Shown: one piece after another, positions 45,371-54,153 of the stretch
Numbering within the stretch: position 1 is the first letter of the stretch
How the letters are laid out: each line of letters opens with the position of its first letter
Assembly (NCBI GenBank): GCA_031411935.1
Contig: JANOBY010000027.1
Coordinates: 1-54,311 of the forward strand
DNA length: 54,311 nt
Direction: 5' to 3'
Source of the DNA: Planctomycetales bacterium
GTDB taxonomy: Bacteria > Planctomycetota > Planctomycetia > Isosphaerales > Isosphaeraceae
Made by a program: the position numbers and the translations under genes
Notes under the pieces: model-generated
Told to the model about the DNA's origin: nothing
Databases searched by the model: none
What the model saw: the letters and a program-made list of their open reading frames with translations, nothing else

Positions 45371-46578
45371 CGCGCCACCTCCTTCGATCCCGAGCTCGTC
45401 GCAAGGAGGACGGCCGAAAGCCTTTCGAGGCCGAACGCGAAGCCCGCCCCGCGGTCGTCGCGATCGCTGCCCAGGACCCGGGCCAGGCCATCGTATCGGC
45501 CTCCTCCGCAGACCTCGACCGGCCCCTCGGGCGTGTCCACGATCAGCTCGAACACCATCTGCGAGTAGAAGCCGATCCCGCGTCCGAAGCCCAGGTCCAG
45601 CTCGACGCGTCCGAGGTCCACCCCGGATCGCCCCAGGTGATCGACCAGCTCGGTGATCGAGGCGACGGACTCGGGCGTCAAGGTCGCATAATCGCTTCTG
45701 AGCCTGCCGAGGACCGTCGAGGCCGGGCCGCGAAGCTCCGCGAGGTGGTGGATCCGTTCGCGCAAGCGTGCGAGGACGTCCTTGAGCGAGTGCGCCAGCT
45801 CCCATTTGTGGCGAAGCCGTCGCAGGATCTCGGCCATGGAGCGCCGACCCGTGACTTCCGGCACCAGGGTGCGGAACAACCGGTCCACCGCGGCATCGGA
45901 CTCGGCCCCCCCCTGGGGGGGTTCGCCCGACTCGGGGCCGAGCCACTCGGTCAATTGATCGAGGGCCGCCTCCAGCGCCGCCACGCCCTGGCCTTCGGCG
46001 GCCTCCTCGCTCAGCCTTTCCACCAGGGCGGCCCGCGCGGGCTCGGGCAACCCGGATCGGCCGAGCATTTCGAGGATCAGCCCCACATGGCCGATCCGCA
46101 GCGTGGCGTTTTTCACGCCGAGGGACTGCAAGGTCTGCCAGGCCAGGCGGATCACCTCGCCGTCGGCCTGGGCCCCGCCGGCCCCGAGCATCTCCACGCC
46201 GACCTGCAAGAACTCGCGGTCGTAGCCGGGGCGCATCGGCTCGTGACGAAACACGGGGCCCGACACGCACACACGCCAGGGCAATACGGGGGGGACGGCC
46301 GCCTCGCAATAGGCCCTCACGATTCCCGCCGTGAGCTCGGGCCTGAGGCAGGCGCGCGACTGGTGGCCCTCGGCCAGCTCATAGAGCTTTCGGACCACGC
46401 CCGCGCCGCTCTTGCGCTCATGCAGCTCGGTATGTTCGAGCACGGGGATCCGCATCCGACGAAAACCGCTCCGGGCGAACGCCTGAAGCAGGCTGGTCTC
46501 CAGGTCGGCAAGCCGCGAGTACTCGTCGGGCAGCCAGTCGCGGGTGCCTCGCACGAGGCCGACGGGACGTTCGTTCAT
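45367..46578 (-). CDS. hisZ: ATP phosphoribosyltransferase regulatory subunit (HisRS paralogue without an anticodon-binding domain)
   Basis: This is track ORF 45367..46902 with the start moved to ATG 46578 (MNERPVGLVRGTRDWLP). Class II aaRS-like motifs are present (FRHE...REFLQVGVE, GGGRYDGL). It has ATGA overlaps with both neighbours. Confidence 0.8.
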   Translation of the reverse strand: MNERPVGLVRGTRDWLPDEYSRLADLETSLLQAFARSGFRRMRIPVLEHTELHERKSGAGVVRKLYELAEGHQSRACLRPELTAGIVRAYCEAAVPPVLPWRVCVSGPVFRHEPMRPGYDREFLQVGVEMLGAGGAQADGEVIRLAWQTLQSLGVKNATLRIGHVGLILEMLGRSGLPEPARAALVERLSEEAAEGQGVAALEAALDQLTEWLGPESGEPPQGGAESDAAVDRLFRTLVPEVTGRRSMAEILRRLRHKWELAHSLKDVLARLRERIHHLAELRGPASTVLGRLRSDYATLTPESVASITELVDHLGRSGVDLGRVELDLGFGRGIGFYSQMVFELIVDTPEGPVEVCGGGRYDGLARVLGSDRDDRGAGFAFGLERLSAVLLATSSGSKEVAR

Positions 46579-47948
46579 GAGGGTTGCACTTCCGCCAGGC
46601 TTTGCCCGACCGCTCGCTCCAGGTCGCTCCACGGGAGGCTTTTCTGCTCGCTGCGGGTCGCCAGATCCCTGAGATTGAAGACCTCGGCCGCGATCTCGTC
46701 GGGCCCCACGATCACCGCGAATCGGTGCCCCCGCGACGACCCGTAGCCCATCTGCTTGCCGGCTTGCAGGGCATCGGGGAAGACCTCGGTGCCGATGCCC
46801 GCGGCTCGCAGTCTCGCGGCAAGTCGGGCGTAGATCCGGGCGTCGCCTCCGGGGAAATTGACGATCAGGATCGGCGCCGTCGCGGCCGATCCCTTCAACC
46901 ATCCGGCCTCTTCCATGAGGGCGAGCAGGCGATCGAGCCCGATCGACGCTCCCACCCCGGGCAGGCGGCGGCTGGTGAAGAGGCTGGCCAGATTATCGTA
47001 ACGCCCGCCCGAGCTCACGCTCCCGAAACGCTCCCAACCGTTGACCGTGGTCTCGAAGACCACGCCCGTGTAATAATCTAGGCCCCTCGCCAGGCCCAGG
47101 TCCACGGCCACCGCGTCCTGCGACACGCCCGCGGCGTCGAGCAGGTCGAGGATCGACCGCAGGTTGGCGATTCCCTCGGCCGCCCTGGCGTTCGTCCCGA
47201 TCGCCGCTTCGGCGAAGCCCAGGACATCGGCCGCGCCCTTACCCTCTTCGACGAAGTCGAGGATCCGGGTCGCCTGATCGAGCGAGATCGCGCGAGCGTC
47301 GGCCTTGGTCTCGCCCGACTCGGGGTTCCCGGCAAGTTCCTTGATCACGGCGTCCCGGCCGATCTTGGCGAGCTTGTCGAGCGAGCGGAGGACCGTCGCC
47401 GTCCGGTCGCCCAGGCCCAGCGAGTCGAGCAGCCCGTCGAGAATCTTGCGGTTGTTCAGGGCGATGGTGAATGCGGGCACCCCGGCGCGGGTCAGGGCGG
47501 AGTGGATCACCTGCGCGGCCTCGGCGTCGGCCACGGGGCTCTCGGTCCCAACCGTGTCGAAGTCGCACTGGGTGAACTCGCGGAACCTCCCCTTCGCCGG
47601 GCGTTCGCCCCGGAAGACCGATCCGATCGCGTATCGCTTGAAGGGGACGCCCAGCTCGGCCACATGTTTGGCCACGAACCGGGCGAGGGGCACGGTGAGG
47701 TCGAACCTCAGGGCGAGCTCGCCGGGGGTCCCGCCCTTGTTGGTGACCTCGAAGATCTGGCGGAGGACCTCGTCGGACCCTGCCCCCTTGCCGGTCAGGA
47801 CTTCCATCCGCTCGATGTGCGGGGTCTCGATGGGGAGGAAGCCGAAGGAGCCGAACGTCTCGCGGAACGAGCCCAGCATTCGCTCTCTGGGGATCATCAA
47901 GGCCGGGGGAACGTCCCGCAACCCGCTCGCTACGCGGGGATCGATCAT
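46575..47948 (-). CDS. hisS: histidine--tRNA ligase
   Basis: This is track ORF 46575..47978; I prefer ATG 47948 (MIDPRVASGLRD). Motifs are FRGERPAKGRFREFTQCDFD and GGGRYDNL. The C-terminal anticodon-binding domain (PILIVNF...) is present. Confidence 0.9.
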   Translation of the reverse strand: MIDPRVASGLRDVPPALMIPRERMLGSFRETFGSFGFLPIETPHIERMEVLTGKGAGSDEVLRQIFEVTNKGGTPGELALRFDLTVPLARFVAKHVAELGVPFKRYAIGSVFRGERPAKGRFREFTQCDFDTVGTESPVADAEAAQVIHSALTRAGVPAFTIALNNRKILDGLLDSLGLGDRTATVLRSLDKLAKIGRDAVIKELAGNPESGETKADARAISLDQATRILDFVEEGKGAADVLGFAEAAIGTNARAAEGIANLRSILDLLDAAGVSQDAVAVDLGLARGLDYYTGVVFETTVNGWERFGSVSSGGRYDNLASLFTSRRLPGVGASIGLDRLLALMEEAGWLKGSAATAPILIVNFPGGDARIYARLAARLRAAGIGTEVFPDALQAGKQMGYGSSRGHRFAVIVGPDEIAAEVFNLRDLATRSEQKSLPWSDLERAVGQSLAEVQPS

Positions 47949-48170
47949 GGCGAACACATCCGAATCCAGGGGGGACACAACCGAACGAGGCGCCTCGCCA
48001 CGCCGTTAGGGCCAATATAGCAGATCCTTCGGCAGGCCGCACCCCGTCGCCTCGATCGGCCTGGCCCGTTCCCCGTTGTGGGGGTTGGCCACCTTCGCGG
48101 GAACGGGGCACCCTCCGCATTCGAGTGCGCCACCTACGACGCCTCTGGGATCGAGATCAGCAGTCGGAGA

Positions 48171-48210
48171 AACGAAAAAGGCCAGCTCCCCGAAAAGAGG
48201 GGCTGGCCTT
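48171..48210 (-). terminator. intrinsic terminator of the RRM protein gene
   Basis: In minus sense: GGCCAGCCCCUC, loop, GGGGAGCUGGCC (a stem of about 10 bp), followed by UUUUUCGUUU. Confidence 0.7.
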
Positions 48211-48279
48211 CGCTGATTTGTCCGGGAACGCCCTGAGCGATGGGATCTCGCCTAGTGGTCCTGGTTCAGAGCTCGATGA

Positions 48280-48624
48280 TCAATAGCGGCCGCCGCCGCC
48301 GCCGTAGCCGCCACCGCCGCCACCGCCGCGATAACCGCCACCACCACCGCCGCCACCGCCGCGATCTTCGCGAGGCTTGGCTTCGTTGACCGTCAGGCGA
48401 CGGCCGTCATGCTCCTGGTCGTGCAGGGCATCGATGGCCGCCTGGGCCTGGGACTCCGTGTCCATCTCCACGAACCCGAATCCCTTGCTTCGGCCCGTCT
48501 CGCGATCCTGGATAACCTGCGCACTCTGGACCGTGCCGAACTGGGAGAACAACTGCTCCAGGTCGTGAGCGGCCACCGAGTACGTCAAATTTCCGACATA
48601 CAACTTCTTACCCACCGTGAACAC
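48280..48624 (-). CDS. RRM-type RNA-binding protein with a Gly-rich tail
   Basis: RNP-2 is KLYVGNL and RNP-1 is KGFGFVEM. The tail is GGGGGGGGGYRGGGGGGGYGGGGGRY. GTG start at 48624 or 48615. Confidence 0.9.
   Translation of the reverse strand: MFTVGKKLYVGNLTYSVAAHDLEQLFSQFGTVQSAQVIQDRETGRSKGFGFVEMDTESQAQAAIDALHDQEHDGRRLTVNEAKPREDRGGGGGGGGGYRGGGGGGGYGGGGGRY
48287..48363. repeat. triplet (GCC/ACC)n tract encoding the Gly-rich tail
   Basis: On the plus strand, gcggccgccgccgccgccgtagccgccaccgccgccaccgccgcgataaccgccaccaccaccgccgccaccgccgcg is a near-pure trinucleotide repeat. Confidence 0.8.
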
Positions 48625-48854
48625 TCCGGGCGAGGCGAAACGACCCTGCAGGGAACTTTCCGGGTCGCGGGGAAAGGGGCGAGAGGACGCCCTGGCGGCG
48701 GGTGGGGCGAGGGAGATAGGCAGGGACGGATTCGGAGAACCCGCAGCGCTTACATCGATCGTCTAACCAGCCAATCACACGTTACCCCAGCCGGGAGAAA
48801 ATAGATAGCCTTTTCTCCAAGACTTCTCGAACTCGATTTTTCCCGATCGTTCGA

Positions 48855-50291
48855 TCACGCGAGGATCGGCGAGATGACCTTGCCATGCACATCGGTCAGG
48901 CGTCGATCGATGCCGTTATGTCGGAATGTCAATCGTTCGTGATCGATCCCGAGCAGGTGCAGGACGGTCGCGTGGAGGTCGTACCCGTAGGTCGGGTTTT
49001 CGGCCGCCTTGTACGACCATTCGTCGCTCGCGCCGTGAGTCGAGCCCCCCTTGATGCCCCCGCCGGCCAACCACGACGTGAAGGTGAACGGGTTATGGTC
49101 CCGCCCCTTGCCCCCCTGGCTGCACGGCATGCGGCCGAACTCGGTCGTCCAGATCACGATCGTGTCGTCGAGCAGACCGCGCGACTTCAGGTCCGTGATC
49201 AGCGCGGCCGCCGGTCGATCCATGCTCCGGCCCATGTCGCCGTGATCCCGGGCGATATCTTCATGCGAGTCCCAGTTGCGGCGGGGGAACCCGTTGTCGG
49301 CCCCGCTCCAGACCTGCACGAACCTCACGCCTCGCTCGAGCAACCGGCGGGCGACCAGGCAATTCCGCCCGAAGTCCTCGGTCACGGGGTCGTCCAGACC
49401 GTAAAGCGATTTGGTGGCCGAGGTCTCGCCCTTCAGGTCCAGGACCTCGGGCGCACTGAGTTGCAGCCGCGCGGCCAGTTCATAGGAAGCGATCCTGGCA
49501 TCGAGGCGAGAATCTCCCGCCCGGCTGGATTGATGATCCCGGTTCAGCGCGTCCAGAAGCCCATGCCCTTCGCGTTCGGCCGACTCGCTGAGACCGGCCT
49601 CGGCGGGCGGGAAGAGGTCGTGGATGGGGTTCCGGGCGCCGGGCTTCACGGCGGTCCCTTGCACGGTCGCGGGCAGGAATCCCGATCCCCAGTTCGCGGG
49701 GCCGTTGGGCGCGTAGCCTCGCGAGTCGGGCAGGACCACGAACGTGGGGAGGTTCGCGTTCTCGGTCCCGAGGCCGTACGACACCCACGCGCCGAAGCTC
49801 GGGAAGCCCGGCAGCACGAAGCCCGTGGTCTGAAGGAACGTGGCCGGACCGTGGACGTTCGACTTGGAGATCATGGCCGGCAGGAACGCCATCTCATCGA
49901 CGCATCCGGCGAGATGGGGGACGAGGTCGCTCATCCATTTGCCGCTCTCGCCGTACTGCTTCCAGCCCCAGGGGCTCTTCATGACGTTCTCGGGCGACGA
50001 CTGGAACAGCTCGACCTTGCTCCCCGGATCGAACTTCTTGCCGTGCTGCTGGATCAAAGCGGGCTTGTAGTCGAACGTGTCGCACTGGCTCGCGGCCCCG
50101 CTCATGAAGAGCTGCACGACCCGCTTCGCCCTGGCCTTGTGGTGGAGTCCCCCATTCAGGTCGGCTCGCGGCGATGGCGAATCGGCGGCCAGCAACCTCT
50201 GCTCCCCGAGCATGTGGGCCAGCGCGATCCCGCCGAGCCCTCCGCCCAGCGACCAGAGAAATCGGCGGCGATCGAGGCTAGGAGAGATCAT
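48855..50291 (-). CDS. DUF1501 (sulfatase-fold) protein with a twin-arginine signal
   Basis: The Tat motif is MISPSLDRRRFLWSLGGGLGG. Other motifs are NWDSHEDI, WTTEFGRMP, GRDHNP and the C-terminal LHATVLHLLGIDHERLTF. Confidence 0.9.
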   Translation of the reverse strand: MISPSLDRRRFLWSLGGGLGGIALAHMLGEQRLLAADSPSPRADLNGGLHHKARAKRVVQLFMSGAASQCDTFDYKPALIQQHGKKFDPGSKVELFQSSPENVMKSPWGWKQYGESGKWMSDLVPHLAGCVDEMAFLPAMISKSNVHGPATFLQTTGFVLPGFPSFGAWVSYGLGTENANLPTFVVLPDSRGYAPNGPANWGSGFLPATVQGTAVKPGARNPIHDLFPPAEAGLSESAEREGHGLLDALNRDHQSSRAGDSRLDARIASYELAARLQLSAPEVLDLKGETSATKSLYGLDDPVTEDFGRNCLVARRLLERGVRFVQVWSGADNGFPRRNWDSHEDIARDHGDMGRSMDRPAAALITDLKSRGLLDDTIVIWTTEFGRMPCSQGGKGRDHNPFTFTSWLAGGGIKGGSTHGASDEWSYKAAENPTYGYDLHATVLHLLGIDHERLTFRHNGIDRRLTDVHGKVISPILA

Positions 50292-50679
50292 CGAGGCAGT
50301 CCCCCGGAGGTTTCTTACCGACGTTTCTTCGGTAGTCCGACAAGCTCATACGGACGGCCAGCAGCGCGCCCACGAGAATCCCCGCAAACCACCCACCGAG
50401 GACGCCGAGGATGGCTGGAGGTTCTTCAAAAGCGTGAGGGCGGGAACGACTTCCCGGATCGAACCATTCGCCGATCGCTGTGCCAGCCATGTATCCCAGC
50501 GGGACGGTGATGATTATTCCGAAAGTTCCGCCGAAAAATCCCCCGGCCAGGAATTGCAGAAAGATCCATCCTTGCCCCGGATGGTTGTCCCGATGCCCGA
50601 GGTCAGAATCTTGATCGCTTTTTGCATCGTGCAATGGTCCGTCGTTGCTCACTTGACTATCACTCAAAGCATCGCTCAT
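50278..50679 (-). CDS. small Gly-zipper 2-TM membrane protein between the PSCyt and DUF1501 genes
   Basis: This is track ORF 50278..50718; I prefer ATG 50679, which follows GGGGAGGGACTC. The two helices are rich in GxxxG (FLAGGFFGGTFGIIITVPLGYMAGTAIG and ILGVLGGWFAGILVGALLAV). Confidence 0.5.
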   Translation of the reverse strand: MSDALSDSQVSNDGPLHDAKSDQDSDLGHRDNHPGQGWIFLQFLAGGFFGGTFGIIITVPLGYMAGTAIGEWFDPGSRSRPHAFEEPPAILGVLGGWFAGILVGALLAVRMSLSDYRRNVGKKPPGDCLDDLS

Positions 50680-50714
50680 GAGTCCCTCCCCAAAATGCGA
50701 CGCGTTTTCGAGAC

Positions 50715-53663
50715 TCAATCCGCGAAGACGAACTCATTGGTGTTGAACAGGATCCGGCACGCCCTGGCAAGCCCGTGCTCCTTCGCGTAGAGGATCACGG
50801 CCGCTTTCTCCGAGGGGCGAGGTTCGCGGCTGAACAGGAGCGAGTAGGCCCGATCGATCTGGGCGGGGAGCTCGGGCTGGTCCTTCGCGAGACGCGTGGC
50901 GAACGCCTCGGACTCGCGGATCATGAACGGGTCGTTCATGAGGGTGAGCGCCTGCAACGCGGTGATCGTGGTGTTGCGGACGGGGGTCATGGCGTTGGGG
51001 TCGGCCCCGTCCAGGCATTCGACGAACGGGTTGGGGACGCTGCGGACGGCGAACCGATAGACCGCTCGGCGGCGGCACTCCGGGGCGTTCAGGCGCTCGT
51101 TGTCCTCGTGGTCGTAAATCGGCGAGTGGTCATCCTTGAATCGGAACGGCTCGAATCCCGGCCCGCCCATCGTGAGGTCGAGGTCGCCCGCCACCGAAAG
51201 CACCGAGTCGCGGATCGCCTCGGCCTCAAGGCGACGACGGTTCTGCCGCCAGAGCGTCCGGTTGTCGGCGTCGACCGCCGCTTTCCGGGGATCATCGGCG
51301 GAGGACTGCCGGTAGGTCGCGCTCGTCACGATCTTCCGATGGAGAGACTTCAGCGAGCCCCCTCCGTCGCGAAACTCGACCGCGAGCCAGTCGAGCAATT
51401 CGGGATGCGTTGGAATTCCGCCGTTGCGACCGAAATCGTTCGGCGTGTCGACGATCCCCCGGCCGAAGTGGTAGGACCACACGCGGTTGACGATGGATCG
51501 CCAGGTGAGCACATTTTCGCGATCGACAAGCCAGAGCGCCAGGGCCGAGCGACGGGCCCCCTCCTCGTCGGAGGAGGCGAAGTCGTTCGCGAGGCCCGGG
51601 ACGCAGGACAGGGCGCCCGGCCCCACGGGCTCGGCGGGTTGCTCGACGTCGCCACGCTTCAGGCGGTGGATCGGACGGGGAGCCCTCGGCAACGGAGCGT
51701 AGACCATCTCGACGGGCGGCAGAGCCTGAACCTCGGCGGCGATCGCCTTGATCTCGGCCTGGGCGGCCTCAATCCCCTTGCGAACCTCTTCGGGAATCAG
51801 GCTCTCCGCGAGGCGCTCGCGCTCTCGGCTCGACACCGCAATTCTGTGCGTCAGATCCAGCCGACGAGCCTCGTCCGGATCGTCGGCGGACGGCCTCCGA
51901 GAACGGCTGGTGTATCCATCCACGAGGGCCCCGGCGCCCCATCGCCCGCCTTCGATCGAGCTGATCGCCGTGACCGGCCTGGCCAGTGCCACGTTCTTTC
52001 CCCGGGAAAGAACCTCCAGCTCGGATAAGGCGAACACATAATCTTTCGTGCGTTCCCAGAGGCGGGTTGCCGTGATCCTCACATAGCGTCCCGATTGACC
52101 TCGGGGACGGATCACCACGGGATCGTCGTTCGCCGGTTCGGAGCCGGGCCGGTCCACTGCAAGCAGGCGGTTTTTCGTCGCGAACCCGGGGTCGTTGGAG
52201 ACTTCAGCCTCGAAGCGGAGGGGGAACCCGAAGCCCGGCGTGTCGGGGAAATCGGTCGGCCTCGCGGGCAGGATGCGGATCTCGTCCAGCGGCACGCTCG
52301 CGCCCAGATCCACCTGCACCCAGGCGGAGGAATCGGGACTCGCGAAGATCGCCGAGTGGTAGCCGTTCGTGGGGCTCGGCCCCGAGTCCGCCCGGGGGAT
52401 GGCCTCGGCCAGGGTACGCCAGGCCGCGATCTGTTCGTCGATTTGCTTGAGCTCAGGGCTCGTCCGTTCGCTCGCCTTTTGCAAGAGCTTGCGGTGGGTC
52501 TCGGAGGCGGCCTTGCCGCGAGCTTCCAGCGCGAGCCGCTTCGCCGCACGCTCCCGGCTCTCGACCTGGCGATCCCCCCGCTCGATCCCCGCGAACACGG
52601 CCTGGAGCCGGTAGTAGTCCGTCTGGGGGATGGGGTCGAACTTGTGGTCGTGGCAACGGGCGCAGTGGACGGTCAGGCTCGTGAACGTGGACATCACGTT
52701 GGCCAGCACGTCGTCGCGGTCGATGAGCCGGGTCTTCTCCTTGTCGACCGTCCCCTCGCGAAGCTCGGCATGCCCGACGAAATCCCAGGGCCCGGCCGCG
52801 AGGAATCCGGTCGCGATGGTCGCCCCGGGGTCTTCGGGGCTCAGCACGTCGCCGGCAACCTGCTCGCGGACGAACCGGGCGTAGGGCATGTCGTCGTTCA
52901 GGGCGTTGATCACATAATCACGATATCGCCACGCGTTGCGACGAGGCTTGTCCTTGTCATAACCATGCGTGTCGCCGTAATGACCCACATCGAGCCAGTG
53001 ACGCCCCCAGCGCTCCCCGTATCGGGGCGAGGCCAGCAGGCGATCGGCGAGCCGCCCGTAGGCGTCGGGCCTGGCATCCTGGAGGAAGTCCCGGACCTCC
53101 TCGGGCGAGGGCGGGAGGCCGTGCAGGTCATACGAGAGGCGACGGATCAGCGTCGTCCGGTCGGCCTCCGCCGAGGGAGAGAGCCCCTTCGCCTCCAGGT
53201 TCGCGAGGACGAACGAGTCGATGGGCGAGCGGATCCAACGTTCGTCCTTGACGACCGGGACGGAAGGCATCTTGAGGGGCTGGATGGCCCACCAGGGGCC
53301 CGTTTCCGCCTTCGCCTCCTTCAGGGCGAGCCCCTTCGGCCACTCGGCCCCGGAGTCGATCCAGCGAGCGAGGATGCTTACCTCCTCGGCCGTGAGGGGT
53401 TTGCCGCCCCTGGGCATCTCGGGGGGATCGCCCGTGATCTTCGCGATGAGCAGGCTCTCCTTCGCCTTGCCCGGCTCGATCGAAGGGCCGCTCTCGCCCC
53501 CCTGGGCCAGGGCCCCGGCCGTGTGGAGGGCCAGCTCGCCCTTGCGGGAAACCTCGCCGTGGCACCGGATGCATTTGGTTTCGAGGATCGGGGCGACCTT
53601 CGCGCGGAAATCCTCGGGAGGGCCCGCCAGGGCGACCAGAAGCATCACAAGGGCCGCATTCAT
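50715..53663 (-). CDS. PSCyt1 (CxxCH) - DUF1549 - F5/8 type C (discoidin) - DUF1553 multidomain protein
   Basis: The N-terminus has KCIRCHG. The DUF1549 region has SPIDSFVLANLEAKGL and CARCHDHKFDPIPQTDYY. A central discoidin-like block reads AWVQVDLGASVPLDEIRILP...GRYVRITATRLW. The C-terminal DUF1553 has NRVWSYHFGRGIVDTPNDFG. Confidence 0.9.
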   Translation of the reverse strand: MNAALVMLLVALAGPPEDFRAKVAPILETKCIRCHGEVSRKGELALHTAGALAQGGESGPSIEPGKAKESLLIAKITGDPPEMPRGGKPLTAEEVSILARWIDSGAEWPKGLALKEAKAETGPWWAIQPLKMPSVPVVKDERWIRSPIDSFVLANLEAKGLSPSAEADRTTLIRRLSYDLHGLPPSPEEVRDFLQDARPDAYGRLADRLLASPRYGERWGRHWLDVGHYGDTHGYDKDKPRRNAWRYRDYVINALNDDMPYARFVREQVAGDVLSPEDPGATIATGFLAAGPWDFVGHAELREGTVDKEKTRLIDRDDVLANVMSTFTSLTVHCARCHDHKFDPIPQTDYYRLQAVFAGIERGDRQVESRERAAKRLALEARGKAASETHRKLLQKASERTSPELKQIDEQIAAWRTLAEAIPRADSGPSPTNGYHSAIFASPDSSAWVQVDLGASVPLDEIRILPARPTDFPDTPGFGFPLRFEAEVSNDPGFATKNRLLAVDRPGSEPANDDPVVIRPRGQSGRYVRITATRLWERTKDYVFALSELEVLSRGKNVALARPVTAISSIEGGRWGAGALVDGYTSRSRRPSADDPDEARRLDLTHRIAVSSRERERLAESLIPEEVRKGIEAAQAEIKAIAAEVQALPPVEMVYAPLPRAPRPIHRLKRGDVEQPAEPVGPGALSCVPGLANDFASSDEEGARRSALALWLVDRENVLTWRSIVNRVWSYHFGRGIVDTPNDFGRNGGIPTHPELLDWLAVEFRDGGGSLKSLHRKIVTSATYRQSSADDPRKAAVDADNRTLWRQNRRRLEAEAIRDSVLSVAGDLDLTMGGPGFEPFRFKDDHSPIYDHEDNERLNAPECRRRAVYRFAVRSVPNPFVECLDGADPNAMTPVRNTTITALQALTLMNDPFMIRESEAFATRLAKDQPELPAQIDRAYSLLFSREPRPSEKAAVILYAKEHGLARACRILFNTNEFVFAD

Positions 53664-53891
53664 GGAAGTGTCCGCCCGAGGGGTGGATGGGAAGGAGACC
53701 GCGAAACGACGAGGACGTGCGGCCTCGCCAGGGCGAAAGTGTGCTGTGAGGTCTCACCGAGCCCGCCAGCGATCGGGCGGCGGTGTCGCCACGATATTAG
53801 GGAGATGTGGGGCCCCCGCGCTCCACCCGGGCTCATTGACAAGCGAAACCATCCATCCGGGCACTGCCCGACAACCGAGGGACCCGTTCGG

Positions 53892-54076
53892 CGCAAAAAC
53901 GTGAATTTGCAGAACGAACCCAATCTAGCCGCCGTCTGCGAGCAAGACAAACGTCCGCATGTACTATTAAAATAGAGACTTACATATCGCCAACGGGTCG
54001 GTCTACCGAGGCGAGCTGAGGGGAAAACGAAGCCAAAACGAACCCAAAACGAAGCCAATTTGAGGCCGATTTGGGC
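53892..54076 (+). repeat. copy B of the roughly 190-nt intergenic repeat element (copy A at 12407..12600)
   Basis: It has the same three blocks in the same order and orientation. The 11-mers AAAACGAAGCC AAAACGAACCC AAAACGAAGCC lie at 54024..54056. An extra AACGAACCC lies at 54090..54098. Confidence 0.8.
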
Positions 54077-54153
54077 TCTCCAGAGGGGGAACGAACCCAC
54101 CGGCCGCGGAGCTTCCAGGCGCAACTCCGTCGGCCCCCTACCGCCCGGGGCAC

